Virus record (IMG/VR): IMGVR_UViG_3300028833_000141
Location: 12,579 to 76,578 of that record
Origin: a virus
Lineage: Duplodnaviria > Caudoviricetes
Reading direction: 5' to 3' (one strand)
DNA length: 64,000 bases
How positions within the stretch are numbered: position 1 is the first letter of the stretch; each line of letters begins with the position of its first letter. Below, in pieces: positions 1-10,049 of the stretch. The notes under the pieces were generated by a model that was not told the origin of the DNA, ran no database searches, and was given only the letters and a program-made list of their open reading frames with translations. Made by a program: the position numbers and the translations under genes.

Positions 1-2004
1 GACATTGTAGAAAACAAGCTGATGAAGAGTAGCAGAAGAGATGTAGCAAAAGCATACATCCTTTATAGAGATAAGCGAACAAGACGCAGAGAAATGCGCA
101 GCGAAATCATGTCGATTGTTCGTGAAAAAGTTAAAGCTGAAAATGTTCAGAATCAAAACGCTAATGTCGATGAAAAATCATTTGGCGGCAGAATGGGCGA
201 AGTTGCAGAAAGCGTCCTCAAAACATATGCGCTGAATGAACTTGTCTCTGAAACAACGAGATATAACCATGTTCATAATCTTGTGTATATTCACGATTTT
301 GGGCATTATGCATTGGGTGATCACAACTGCCTGTCTATTCCTTTTGACGATCTGTTGGCAAATGGATTTGATACAAGACAGACAGATGTAAGACCTGCTC
401 AGTCATTGAGTACAGCTTTCCAACAGGTTGCAGTATTATTCCAGATTCAAAGTTTACAGCAATTTGGTGGAGTATCAGCAACACATATTGATTGGACGAT
501 GATTCCTTATGTAAGAAAATCATTTTATAAACACTACAAAATTGGTGCGAAATACATTTGCGGTTTTGAAGGCAAAATGGATATTGGATGCGATCCAAAA
601 TTAATGTCGATTGAAGATGAATGGTATAAAACCTCTTTCCCTAAAGCATATCAATACGCTGTAGATATGACGAAGAGAGAAACATATCAAGCTGCCGAAG
701 GAATGTATCACAATCTGAATACACTTCAATCTCGTTCCGGTAATCAGTTGCCATTCTCTTCAATCAATTATGGAACATGTACTCTTCCAGAAGGAAGAAT
801 GGTTACAAAGGCTCTACTCGATGTACTTATTAAGGGAATAGGAAAAATATATAGAACATCAATTTTCCCTTGCGGTATTTTCCAATGTATGAAAGGTGTC
901 AATCGTAAAAAGGGTGATCCTAATTACGATCTGTTCCAGTTGGCACTTGAAGCAACATCAAAGAGATTATATCCGAATTATGCCAATGTTGATTGGAGTG
1001 GGAATGCAGGATATGACAGAAATGATCCGAGAACATATTTCTCCACAATGGGTTGTAGGACAGTGAATGGAATGGATATTAACGGCTTCGGTCAGCTTAA
1101 AGATGGCAGAGGTAATATCGCTCCAACAACTATCATTATGCCGACAGTAGCAATGTTAGCTGATGGTGAAGTAGGCAACAAAGATATTGATTCATTTATG
1201 AAGCTTCTCGATCAGAAGATTCATGAGGCAAAAGATTCTCTTCTTGAAAGATTTGAATTTATTTGTTCACAGCCGCCAGAAGCAGCAACATTCATGTATG
1301 CAAACAATACGATGAAAGGCTATATTCCGGAAGAGGGAATAAGAAGCGCATTAAAGCATGGAACACTTGTTATCGGTCAGCTTGGGCTTGCTGAAACTCT
1401 TCAAATCCTTATTGGATGTGACCATACAGAAAAGAAAGCTATGGAACTCGCCAAGAAAATTGAAGCACTCTTTAAGAAAAGATGTGCAGAGTTTAAAGAA
1501 GAATATACTCTTAATTTTGGAGTGTATTATACGCCAGCAGAAAATCTTTGTTACACAGCTATGAAACAGTTCAAAGCTGAATATGGAGAAATGAAAAACA
1601 TTTCTGACAGAGATTTCTTTACAAATTCAATACATGTTCCTGTTTGGAAGAATATCAGTCCATTTGAAAAGATTGATATTGAGTCACAACTTACAGGATA
1701 TAGTAATGCCGGATGTATTACTTATGTTGAGCTTGATGGCGGTGTTAAGAATAATGTAAAGGCTCTTGAAACTATTGTAAATTACGCAATGGATCATGAT
1801 ATTCCATATTTCGCTGTTAATGTTCCTAACGATACATGCCTCAGATGCGGATTTACAGGTGAATTTAATGACTGCTGCCCTGTTTGCGGAAGTACAAATA
1901 TTCAGCAACTTAGGCGTGTAACAGGGTATCTTACAGGGAACTATACAACAGCCTTTAATAAAGGCAAACAGCAAGAAGTTCAGATGAGGGTTAAACATAG
2001 ATGA
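1..2004 (+). CDS. nrdD: Anaerobic class III ribonucleotide reductase, 5'-truncated by the window edge
   Basis: Frame is open from base 1 (DIVENKL-M, tail of an ATP-cone); MGCRT motif; C-terminal CxxC/CxxC zinc site; RRVTGYL glycyl-radical motif. Confidence 0.96.
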   Translation, partial: DIVENKLMKSSRRDVAKAYILYRDKRTRRREMRSEIMSIVREKVKAENVQNQNANVDEKSFGGRMGEVAESVLKTYALNELVSETTRYNHVHNLVYIHDFGHYALGDHNCLSIPFDDLLANGFDTRQTDVRPAQSLSTAFQQVAVLFQIQSLQQFGGVSATHIDWTMIPYVRKSFYKHYKIGAKYICGFEGKMDIGCDPKLMSIEDEWYKTSFPKAYQYAVDMTKRETYQAAEGMYHNLNTLQSRSGNQLPFSSINYGTCTLPEGRMVTKALLDVLIKGIGKIYRTSIFPCGIFQCMKGVNRKKGDPNYDLFQLALEATSKRLYPNYANVDWSGNAGYDRNDPRTYFSTMGCRTVNGMDINGFGQLKDGRGNIAPTTIIMPTVAMLADGEVGNKDIDSFMKLLDQKIHEAKDSLLERFEFICSQPPEAATFMYANNTMKGYIPEEGIRSALKHGTLVIGQLGLAETLQILIGCDHTEKKAMELAKKIEALFKKRCAEFKEEYTLNFGVYYTPAENLCYTAMKQFKAEYGEMKNISDRDFFTNSIHVPVWKNISPFEKIDIESQLTGYSNAGCITYVELDGGVKNNVKALETIVNYAMDHDIPYFAVNVPNDTCLRCGFTGEFNDCCPVCGSTNIQQLRRVTGYLTGNYTTAFNKGKQQEVQMRVKHR

Positions 2005-2522
2005 AATACGCAGGTGTCATAAAAAATGATGTAGTAAACGGTTATGATGTTTGTGTTAGTTATTGGTGTCAAGGGTGTCGTTTTCGATGCCCTGGATGCC
2101 ATAATCCACAAACATGGGATTTTGACGGTGGAACAGAGATAGAGGAATCCGCTCTGATCAAGATGATCATAAATTCAATTTCTCAAAACAATGTTCAGAG
2201 AAATCTTTCGATTCTCGGTGGAGAACCGTTATGTCGAGAAAATGTTAACTTCACTTCAAAGTTAATCAAGAATGTAGTTGAAACCTATCCAGATATAAAA
2301 ATATTCGTTTGGACAGGATATAAATATGAATATCTTTTAGAAATCGCCAAGGAAAATTATTACATGGATCATGTACTGTCAAACATTCATGTATTAATAG
2401 ATGGGCAATTTGAAATTGATAACAGAGATATTTCTTTGCCGTTTAGAGGAAGTAAGAATCAAAGAGTAATTGATATTCAGAAATCTATAAAAGCCGGAAA
2501 AATAATTTTGTATTGTGAATAA
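2001..2522 (+). CDS. nrdG: Anaerobic RNR activating enzyme (radical SAM)
   Basis: CxxxCxxC (CRFRCPGC), GGEP and FRGSKNQR motifs; overlaps the nrdD stop. Confidence 0.95.
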   Translation: MKYAGVIKNDVVNGYDVCVSYWCQGCRFRCPGCHNPQTWDFDGGTEIEESALIKMIINSISQNNVQRNLSILGGEPLCRENVNFTSKLIKNVVETYPDIKIFVWTGYKYEYLLEIAKENYYMDHVLSNIHVLIDGQFEIDNRDISLPFRGSKNQRVIDIQKSIKAGKIILYCE

Positions 2523-2533
2523 TGGAGGGATTG

Positions 2534-3283
2534 ATGGCAATTAAAGTTTTTATTAGTCAACCAATGAGAGATAAAACAGAAGAGCAGATTTTAAGTGAAA
2601 GAAATCGTGCAATTAAAAACATAAAAGAAAAATATCCGAATGAGGATGTTGAAATTATAGATTCATATTTTGAAGATTATGACCCACAAGATGGTTGTAT
2701 ACCGCTGAAATATCTTGCAAAGTCAATCGAACTTCTTGCCGATGCAGATGTAGCGTATTTTGTTGATGGCTGGGATGAAGCAAGAGGCTGTCTTACAGAA
2801 TATCAGTGTGCAACACAATATGATATTCCTGTAATTTGTGAATATTTCCCCGAAAGCACTATAGAAATAAAATACTTTAGTGATGATATAACAAAGATCG
2901 AAAATATAGAACAGGGAGATTGGATAGATTTAAGAGCAGCAGAAGATGTTGACCTTAATGCTAATGAATTTGCACTGATCCCATTAGGAGTAGGAATGAA
3001 ACTTCCTAAAGGATATGAAGCACAGATAGTACCGAGAAGCAGTACATTTAAGAACTTTGGTATCATCCAAACAAATCATATGGGAGTAATAGACGAAAGT
3101 TATTGCGGTGAAGAAGATCAATGGAAATTCCCGGCATATGCACTTAGAGATACAATGATAAGAAAGAACGATAGAATCTGTCAGTTTAGGATAGTCAAAA
3201 AACAGGAAGAAATATTTTTTAAGGAAGTAGATGCTTTAAATCCTGTAAGTCGTGGTGGATTCGGAAGTACGGGAGTTAAATGA
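2534..3283 (+). CDS. dut: Fusion of a DUF4406-like (nucleoside deoxyribosyltransferase-like fold) domain and a trimeric dUTPase
   Basis: N-term [24 protein letters not shown]; C-term [34 protein letters not shown] at 2524 favours ATG 2534 over 2522. Confidence 0.85.
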   Translation: MAIKVFISQPMRDKTEEQILSERNRAIKNIKEKYPNEDVEIIDSYFEDYDPQDGCIPLKYLAKSIELLADADVAYFVDGWDEARGCLTEYQCATQYDIPVICEYFPESTIEIKYFSDDITKIENIEQGDWIDLRAAEDVDLNANEFALIPLGVGMKLPKGYEAQIVPRSSTFKNFGIIQTNHMGVIDESYCGEEDQWKFPAYALRDTMIRKNDRICQFRIVKKQEEIFFKEVDALNPVSRGGFGSTGVK

Positions 3284-3501
3284 GTGTAGAAAAAGATTAT
3301 ATGCAAATCTTAAATGATTTGTATGATTGCCAATATCTTATGCTACAACCGATGGATGTCCGTAAAATATTAAGAATAGATACAAAAAGTGCATATGATT
3401 TATTTAAGGATGAATCTTTCCCATCCATACTAATATCCGGTAAGAATTACATTTTCAAAGAAAAATTAATTGATTGGCTAAAGAAGAAATATAAATTATA
3501 A
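3280..3501 (+). CDS. Small HTH protein, excisionase-like
   Basis: 73 aa, MerR/Xis-like pattern ([19 protein letters not shown]). Confidence 0.7.
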   Translation: MSVEKDYMQILNDLYDCQYLMLQPMDVRKILRIDTKSAYDLFKDESFPSILISGKNYIFKEKLIDWLKKKYKL

Positions 3502-3503
3502 TC

Positions 3504-3701
3504 ATGGAAGAGATACTAACTGTTAAAGATGTACAAGAACATTTACATATAGGGAAGAATAAAGCATATAGTTTATTTAAAGACGATATGACTTTCCCAT
3601 CATTCAGAATAGGCAGAGATCATCTTATTTTAGAATCAAAATATGTAGAATGGCTCAATAAACAAAGCAATAAATCAAAATATAAAAACAGATACAAATA
3701 A
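3504..3701 (+). CDS. Excisionase-family HTH (HTH_17-like)
   Basis: ILTVKDVQEHLHIGKNKAYSLF..FPSFRIG; directly upstream of att/int. Confidence 0.8.
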   Translation: MEEILTVKDVQEHLHIGKNKAYSLFKDDMTFPSFRIGRDHLILESKYVEWLNKQSNKSKYKNRYK

Positions 3702-3863
3702 ATATTTTTAAATTTTCTATTGACAAATTATTTGTGTGTGTTAATATAAGTGAGCGAGTTGAAAAACAGCTTCACAAAAGTGGGGTATAAAGTAGGGTAA
3801 ACGAGATGCGGCAAATCGCTGTAGTCCAGTAATTGCAAGGTGTACAAAATTTTATACATCACA

Positions 3864-3909
3864 TCTCCAAAACCGCGTGCCGTGGGTTCAAGTCCTACTG
3901 CCCCTGCCA
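3864..3909 (+). other. attP core: 3' half of a tRNA-Trp(CCA) from the anticodon loop to CCA
   Basis: T-CTCCAAA-ACCGC-GTGCC-GTGGG-TTCAAGT-CCTAC-TGCCCCT-G-CCA; no D-arm or 5' acceptor strand upstream; lies between the xis-like genes and int. Confidence 0.88.
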
Positions 3910-3924
3910 ATCAGAAGCACGACT

Positions 3925-3960
3925 AAAGGGTTGAAATTTCAAGGTTTCAACTCTTTTTCT
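3925..3960 (+). terminator. Intrinsic terminator after the tRNA fragment
   Basis: AAAGGGTTGAAA/TTTCAACTCTTT stem followed by a T-rich tail. Confidence 0.7.
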
Positions 3961-4105
3961 TTTGTTTTTATGCAATTGTCTATTTCCCTGTTATTCCCTA
4001 CTTTTCCCTACCAATACCCTACAAGTGGGGTATAGAAAGTGGGGTATTATTATGATATGATGGTTATGCCAATCTATTTCTTCTTTCACACAAAGGATTC
4101 ATCAT

Positions 4106-5332
4106 ATGCCAAATAAGAAAAATGAAGGTTCAATAACGTATCTCTCTAATGGTAAAGTCCGATTACGCATTACTAACGGCACAAAAGTTATTATTGATAA
4201 GAAAACCGGAATGCCGAAAAAGATTAAGAATCAAAAAGATTTTATTGGCAATTCTGAAAAAGAAGTTAGAAAGAAATATAAAACCTGGAAAAGCACCGCT
4301 GCCATCAGCGGAGAATCCAATTATGGAAATCGCTCAGTGATGGAATGTATCTATGAGTGGATCAACAATGTAAAAAGTCTTACGCTAAAATCATCTTCCT
4401 TTTCACGTTTAATACAAGTTACTGATACTTATGTCAATCCAAGATTCAATATTTTCAAAGTCAACGAAATAACTCCTGATATAATCCAATTCAATTTAAT
4501 TAACGATCTAAAAAATAAAGGCTATTCGTATAGTACGATAAAAAAATGTGTCAATGTACTCACGGGATTTTATAGATGGGCGATAGGAACAGGTAAGGTA
4601 GATTATAACCCATGTGAAACTCTTATCTTGCCAAGCGATAAACTGCTCAAAGAGGAAAGAGGCGAGACTGACGAAATAAAATATTATTCAAAAGCTGAAA
4701 TTCAAAAAATGATCAATGCAGCCGATTCTAAGAATAAGCATTGTTATGAAATCAATGATTGGAGATTTCCAAGAGCGTATGTTTATTTATTCGTAGTATA
4801 CACAGGATTAAGATTGGGAGAAGTTCTTGCATTAACATGGGATGATTATGATGCTGAGAAGAAAACAATTAGTATTACTAAGGATGTTGTCGAATACAAA
4901 GATACAAAAACAAATAAAACAGTAACCAAAATTCAAACATCACCTAAAACAAGTTCAAGTCGAAGAGTTCTTGCACTCAACGATACAGCAGTCGATGCTC
5001 TGAATAAAATAAAAGAGAGAAGTTTTAACCCTAATAGCAAATATATTGTAGCCAACAGAAATAAAGATGGAAATAAAGAATATGTTGCTCCATCTAATTT
5101 CCGTAATGCCTTTAAAAGATTTTGTAATTATGCCGGCATAGAATATAAAGGTTTCCATGCATTAAGGCATACATTTGCTTCAATGATGTTTTCTCAAAAG
5201 ATCGATGTCAAATATATTTCTATGTGGCTCGGTCACTCGTCAGTTCAGGTTACTTATGATATTTATGTTCATATTATGGAAGAAGTAGGGTATGAAGATA
5301 AAACAGTAATTCCAGTAATCTCACTTGAATAG
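4106..5332 (+). CDS. int: Tyrosine integrase
   Basis: TGLRLGE (R), HALRH, LGHS and TYDIY catalytic motifs; N-terminal arm-binding and SAM-like domains. Confidence 0.95.
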   Translation: MPNKKNEGSITYLSNGKVRLRITNGTKVIIDKKTGMPKKIKNQKDFIGNSEKEVRKKYKTWKSTAAISGESNYGNRSVMECIYEWINNVKSLTLKSSSFSRLIQVTDTYVNPRFNIFKVNEITPDIIQFNLINDLKNKGYSYSTIKKCVNVLTGFYRWAIGTGKVDYNPCETLILPSDKLLKEERGETDEIKYYSKAEIQKMINAADSKNKHCYEINDWRFPRAYVYLFVVYTGLRLGEVLALTWDDYDAEKKTISITKDVVEYKDTKTNKTVTKIQTSPKTSSSRRVLALNDTAVDALNKIKERSFNPNSKYIVANRNKDGNKEYVAPSNFRNAFKRFCNYAGIEYKGFHALRHTFASMMFSQKIDVKYISMWLGHSSVQVTYDIYVHIMEEVGYEDKTVIPVISLE

Positions 5333-5463
5333 AATATTTCCGTTTTAAGCGACTTTATTTTTGAAAACGATTAGTTGCTTGACAACATATATAAACCTCT
5401 CTGAAAAGACCGAAAATGACGCTCTACGATGATATAAATAATATAAGGAATACAGCGCAAAAG

Positions 5464-5497
5464 AATAGGACTACTAAATATCCATAGTAGTCCTATT
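5464..5497. terminator. Probable bidirectional terminator between convergent int and late genes
   Basis: Perfect 13-bp stem AATAGGACTACTA/TAGTAGTCCTATT with an 8-nt loop. Confidence 0.8.
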
Positions 5498-5512
5498 TAT
5501 TTGCCTAATAAA

Positions 5513-5992
5513 TTAGAAACAGCAGATAGAAAAATTAAGAACTCCGCTATATGTTCCGGCTTTACTTTCCATACTTGGATTAATTTCAGAAGAAAAGATT
5601 AAAGATTGTCCTTGACTATTATTTGTAAAACTACCAACATGATTGCTTAAAGGCTGATGATTTACGTCATAAAAATAAACTGTCAGTTTAGCAGATTCAT
5701 CTGTAGCATTCGTTAATTGCAGACAGCTACCACTTTCAAGATTGTCTAAGTTAATATCTATTTGCTTGTCATCCGCAATATTTACTTCGGTTGCTCTAAT
5801 CTCAATATCGTTTCCTGCCACTACAGATTCAGGTATTTCAATCATATAAGTTCCATCGACTGAATAAGTGACCTCTGTATTAGCTTGCTGCATTCCATTT
5901 GGCTGCCCCATATACCCAGAAGCAAAAGCCGTTAATGTAGATAAAAATAATGCAATAGTGCATATTGCTGTTATAAAAATATATTTCCTCAT
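5513..5992 (-). CDS. Secreted/surface protein with signal peptide (WxL/pilin-like, tentative)
   Basis: Likely start MRKYIFITAIC..TAFA (signal peptide); beta-rich body with YMIEIP and YSGVLNFSI. Confidence 0.55.
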   Translation of the reverse strand: MRKYIFITAICTIALFLSTLTAFASGYMGQPNGMQQANTEVTYSVDGTYMIEIPESVVAGNDIEIRATEVNIADDKQIDINLDNLESGSCLQLTNATDESAKLTVYFYDVNHQPLSNHVGSFTNNSQGQSLIFSSEINPSMESKAGTYSGVLNFSICCF

Positions 5993-6005
5993 TTCATCAT
6001 ACTCC

Positions 6006-6464
6006 TTAAACATAAATATCAAATTGAATTTGTCCACCATTTAGTTCTTTTTCTGTTTCGATATTAAAGCAATTAATTTTTAATATCGCATTATAAGTAC
6101 CTGGTTCAAACGATTTGTTGGTCTCTATTTCATAGAAACCAAATCCAGGATAAACTTTATCTGATTGCCATATAACATCACTACCCACAACCAAAGTGAA
6201 TATCATATAGCAATCATTTGAATCCGGATTAAAGAAATTAACATTTTGAACTTTCTGATCAGGTTCAAAATGAATAGAATCAAAACCAGGTATCGTTATG
6301 TACTCTGATGAAACATTGTGCTGATTGTTATGTCTGCCTTTCCAAATTATTCCATCTGATTTCGTAGGATCATCTATGAAGTTAAAAATTAAACAAAATG
6401 TAAAACATAAAATTAGAAATAAAATACAAAATATTAATATGGTCTGTTTCTTATTATTTGTCAT
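6006..6464 (-). CDS. Membrane-anchored Ig-like protein
   Basis: One N-terminal TM helix; IPGF..NP..N.CY..S..V.PG..GTY.A pattern resembling Clostridia surface-protein cassettes. Confidence 0.55.
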   Translation of the reverse strand: MTNNKKQTILIFCILFLILCFTFCLIFNFIDDPTKSDGIIWKGRHNNQHNVSSEYITIPGFDSIHFEPDQKVQNVNFFNPDSNDCYMIFTLVVGSDVIWQSDKVYPGFGFYEIETNKSFEPGTYNAILKINCFNIETEKELNGGQIQFDIYV

Positions 6465-6569
6465 ATTTTTCTCTCTTTCACTTATCTCTTTTCTATTGTT
6501 ATTTTTTTTTTGATTTAGTGTTTATAATTATTAATTATTTAGCAAATTTGTTTATAATAGAAAACAATA

Positions 6570-6606
6570 AAAGGGGCAGGAAAGAATTTCCTACGCCCTT
6601 TATTTT
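6570..6606 (-). terminator. Intrinsic terminator after the XhlA-like gene
   Basis: Minus strand AAGGGCGTAGGAAA-ttc-TTTCCTGCCCCTT followed by a T tract. Confidence 0.7.
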
Positions 6607-6986
6607 TAGAAATTCAATAATGTTGTAATAAGTGCGGTTGCTAATGCAGAGCATATAGCTGTGATAAATGCAAGGCGCACTTTATCAACACCTTCTGCCG
6701 TGTGATGATCTTGTTCTGCTTGTGCTTCTGAAATACGGGATGATAGTTTTGATTCAGCAGACCTCCAGTGTTCTGTCTGAATATCTATCTTCCTTGAAGT
6801 TTCGTCCACCTTTCCTTCAATATGACCAACTCGCTCAACCAAGACTTTTACAGAAGAAGCGATTTCATAAATAGCCTTTTGTTCACTTTTTATTTCTCTT
6901 ACTTCTTCTTCTAACGAATCTAATCGTTTTGTGTTTGACTTGGCACGCTCCTGAGTTTCGATCAAAATTTTTTCGTTGCTGTCCAT
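6606..6986 (-). CDS. XhlA-like coiled-coil membrane protein (holin-associated)
   Basis: ERAKSNTKRLDSLE coiled coil plus one C-terminal TM helix. Confidence 0.7.
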   Translation of the reverse strand: MDSNEKILIETQERAKSNTKRLDSLEEEVREIKSEQKAIYEIASSVKVLVERVGHIEGKVDETSRKIDIQTEHWRSAESKLSSRISEAQAEQDHHTAEGVDKVRLAFITAICSALATALITTLLNF

Positions 6987-7035
6987 GATAATACCTCCTT
7001 GCTATGAGCAAACAACAATTTTGATCCACATTCTT

Positions 7036-7509
7036 CTATTTTGTCTGCATATCTTTTTCTTTAAAATACAATACAACTCTTCCACCCAACATTTTGTAAT
7101 AGGGTAGAGGGGTTGCTGAAAAAACATAATAATTTATTGCATCTGCTATAAATATAGCCACTATAGAAAGAGCCATCCATAATAAAGTGAATGGCAGACA
7201 TATTATCCCTTTATAATTCAGAATCATATTTGAATAATCCCACATTTTCGGAATTAAATTAGTATGTAATGCAAACTCTCCGATTACTAACTCGAAGAAA
7301 GTGATTAGTGCTGATCCACATAATCCCTGTAAGAATAGATCAATATCCCAAGATATTTCATCGTTGATTTTGTCCAATATAACTATAGCCAATCCACCGC
7401 AAACGCCCATGATAGGAAAAGAATAACCTCTGGCAGTAACCTCAATAGCTATATAAGAACAATAACCAACTAAAAATAAAACAATATTTTTATTTATATT
7501 AAGACTCAT
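7036..7509 (-). CDS. Membrane protein, DUF1113/CmpB-like putative permease family
   Basis: Four TM segments; GSALITFFEL and WDYS..N.KG.ICL motifs. Confidence 0.7.
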   Translation of the reverse strand: MSLNINKNIVLFLVGYCSYIAIEVTARGYSFPIMGVCGGLAIVILDKINDEISWDIDLFLQGLCGSALITFFELVIGEFALHTNLIPKMWDYSNMILNYKGIICLPFTLLWMALSIVAIFIADAINYYVFSATPLPYYKMLGGRVVLYFKEKDMQTK

Positions 7510-8269
7510 TGTTTACACCTGTCATTTGCGCTAACATATTTTTAAGTTCATCTGATTGATATTTTTCCGGTATTTCGATACCGTATTCGATAGCTTGAAT
7601 TTTAGAAATCGATCTTAATGAATTGATATAGAATTTTAAAGAATTGAAATAGGTAACATGAAATGTTTTAAATTGAATTGCTTGTTCAACAATCATATTC
7701 ATATCTGCTAAAGAATACTCTTTACAATATTCATCATCAGCGTGGTATGAAATAGTTTCTGCTGTGCCTGACGCAAGCATAAACGAAATCGAAAGAAGAT
7801 TAACCTGATCTTCAATTCTTAAAGAAAAATGATGGCTTTCGCCATCACTTAATACTAAATCAATACCATTAGTAATTGTCTTTTCGCATTTATTGCTCAT
7901 TTCTTTTATTTTAGATTCTTTAGCAAAAGCAACAGTAACTTGCTCTTCTTGCGGTATTTCAGGTTCTTCTGGAGTTTGTTGTTCTTGTTCTTCTATATCT
8001 ATCTGTTCATTATTTTCAATAGCTTCATATAAGCTGTCGTATTCTTCTTTTGAAATAGATATTATACTTGCCGACAAATATGGAACATCGTTTGAAATAA
8101 TAGGTTTCATCCAATTATCTCTATAATACGAATCATTTATTTGAATATATTCAGCAGTATTTTCATCGGCAACTAAAATGATTTTATGTTTAAGTTGATA
8201 GCGTCTAAAGTCATAACTTGTTGCTACCCCTATAAACACTAAATCTTTGATTATCTTAAAATAATTCAT
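7499..8269 (-). CDS. DUF4376-like tail fibre-associated protein
   Basis: KIKEMSNKCEKTI.NGID, HFSL..DQ.NL, YHAD..C motifs; starts 3 nt after the RT stop. Confidence 0.65.
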   Translation of the reverse strand: MNYFKIIKDLVFIGVATSYDFRRYQLKHKIILVADENTAEYIQINDSYYRDNWMKPIISNDVPYLSASIISISKEEYDSLYEAIENNEQIDIEEQEQQTPEEPEIPQEEQVTVAFAKESKIKEMSNKCEKTITNGIDLVLSDGESHHFSLRIEDQVNLLSISFMLASGTAETISYHADDEYCKEYSLADMNMIVEQAIQFKTFHVTYFNSLKFYINSLRSISKIQAIEYGIEIPEKYQSDELKNMLAQMTGVNNES

Positions 8270-8271
8270 AA

Positions 8272-9471
8272 TTAAGCCACCTTCCTTTTACATCGTTCTT
8301 TAGGATGTGATTTATAATATTCCCTCGTTAATTTATAACCACCGAATAATTCATTATATAATTTGATCATATTTCTTGCTGCATGGAAACTATGCGCAAT
8401 TTTAGAATGCGCAAGCCAAGACTGCATGGATGTATAAACATCATCATAAGTCATTTTGCCTTCTTTGACTTTGTTTACATATTTTTTCATTTTTCTACGC
8501 ATACGGATGATTCCACCCTGATCGAGTTTCTTAACAACTTTTCCGGTATCAGTTATATAATATTTAACTTTAAGAAACGCAAAACCTTTACTTGCCTTTG
8601 TAATGTATGTTTTCTTTTTATTAAAATGCATACCATACTTAGCTATTTGTTCATGTAATTCTGCCATTATCTTATTCAACACTTGTTTATCATTATGAAT
8701 AATAATGCCATCATCCATATAACGTATATAAAACTTGATTCCTAATTTATCTTTAATATAATGATCGAATTTATTAAGAACTGCTAAAGCCATGATTTGA
8801 GAAATCTGACTCCCTAAACATATTCCAACATATTCATGGTTATATAATTTCTTTAGTTCAATTTCTCGTTTCTTTTCATCTTTAATTTGATTAATTTCTA
8901 TCAATTTGTAAGATTCGATTATTCCCATAATCAAATTTATAATTCTCGTATCTTCAAATAATTCCGTTAATACTCTATAGCATTGTTTATGAGGTATAGA
9001 ATCAAAATAACTTTTTACATCAAACTTTAAAACGAACAGATCATTAGTTCTATATCTGCGTTTGGCTTTTTCAATAAATAGAGCCGTTCTTTGACGAGCA
9101 AAATCTACACCTTTACCTTTCGTACTCGCACCATTATCATATATAAGTTTTCCTTTAAGGGCTGGTAATAAAGCATAATCACAGATAACTCTTTGAATAA
9201 CTCTATCTTCCATGCATATCGGTGTAATTTTTCTTTCTTTACCTCGTTCTCTTATAAAAATATACTTTTTATTTTGTATTTCAGGTATTAGACCAGATAA
9301 AATTATATCTATAGAATTATCAATCTTGAAAATTGGTAGACAACTATAAGATTGAACGCTATATTTGTAATCAACTGATGCATGGCATTTCTTTAAAGAT
9401 ACGAACGCATTTTTATGTTCAAATAATTCTTCTAATGTAATTTTACATTTCTGTTTAACTTTGGTTTTCAT
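8272..9471 (-). CDS. DGR reverse transcriptase
   Basis: KFDVKSYFDSI, GICLGSQISQ (DGR-type LGxxxSQ), YIRYMDD, SWLAH; 399 aa with no maturase or endonuclease domain; adjacent to TR. Confidence 0.95.
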   Translation of the reverse strand: MKTKVKQKCKITLEELFEHKNAFVSLKKCHASVDYKYSVQSYSCLPIFKIDNSIDIILSGLIPEIQNKKYIFIRERGKERKITPICMEDRVIQRVICDYALLPALKGKLIYDNGASTKGKGVDFARQRTALFIEKAKRRYRTNDLFVLKFDVKSYFDSIPHKQCYRVLTELFEDTRIINLIMGIIESYKLIEINQIKDEKKREIELKKLYNHEYVGICLGSQISQIMALAVLNKFDHYIKDKLGIKFYIRYMDDGIIIHNDKQVLNKIMAELHEQIAKYGMHFNKKKTYITKASKGFAFLKVKYYITDTGKVVKKLDQGGIIRMRRKMKKYVNKVKEGKMTYDDVYTSMQSWLAHSKIAHSFHAARNMIKLYNELFGGYKLTREYYKSHPKERCKRKVA

Positions 9472-10049
9472 GGTAATCTCGACTAATTATGATTAAAGTA
9501 AACCTCTCTATCCGTTGTGGCATCTATATTTGTATGTTTGTTAGATGCTCTTGCCTAAACGCAGAATTTGCCGAAAAATAAACAATAAAAAATACTGTCA
9601 TAGGCAGCATTAAATACCGATTTATATTTCATAACATACAAGACAAATTCCCTTGTTATACCTTTAGGTTTCACAACCGCCTCAAATTAGAGTGGCGTTG
9701 AAAAATTATTCTTTTTCAAGTATATTTGTCAACTTTAATTGAAAGGTTATGATTTCCTTCAATCGGTAGATTGCTTTGATTCTCCACAAATAACAATATA
9801 TTGTGGCGTGCAATCATTCGCCTATAAAGACTACTTAATTACCGCTCGAATCCGACCACGACACCATTGGTGTTGTTCGCGTTGTTGTTGTTGTTCGGAT
9901 TGCCGTTATTGTTGACATTCATAAAGTTCGTAGAGTTGGAGGCATTCGGTGAACGCTCCCACCAATTGTTCGCACGAACCCAATACAAGGCAAAGCAACT
10001 CACACAGCGAGCATTTTCATGATCAAATCATAACCTGCTGATTTATAAT
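9472..10049 (-). ncRNA. DGR template RNA region (post-avd segment, TR and ~375-nt spacer)
   Basis: Non-coding gap between avd and RT containing TR, several hairpins and a 12-bp inverted repeat (9744-9755/10025-10036) bracketing TR. Confidence 0.7.
9848..9984 (-). repeat. DGR template repeat (TR)
   Basis: 137 nt with 18 AAY codons; aligns to 11034-11173 with mismatches almost only at TR adenines. Confidence 0.97.

Larger units (their letters stand above)
3778..4047. repeat. Integrase arm-type binding repeats (AAGTRGGGTAT-like)
   Basis: Direct copies at 3778, 3790, 4023, 4037; three inverted degenerate copies at 3994-4022, flanking the att core. Confidence 0.75.

Noticed and set aside
3835-3909. 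Complete tRNA-Trp gene
   Set aside because: No 5' acceptor strand, D-arm or 5' anticodon stem upstream of 3864
3728-3910. 60-aa minus-strand ORF MAGAVGLEPTARGFGD
   Set aside because: This is the typical antisense translation of a tRNA 3' half; the region is attP
8272-9471. RT as a group II intron, retron or Abi RT
   Set aside because: No maturase or endonuclease domain or intron boundaries; the LGxxxSQ motif and an adenine-specific TR/VR pair identify a DGR
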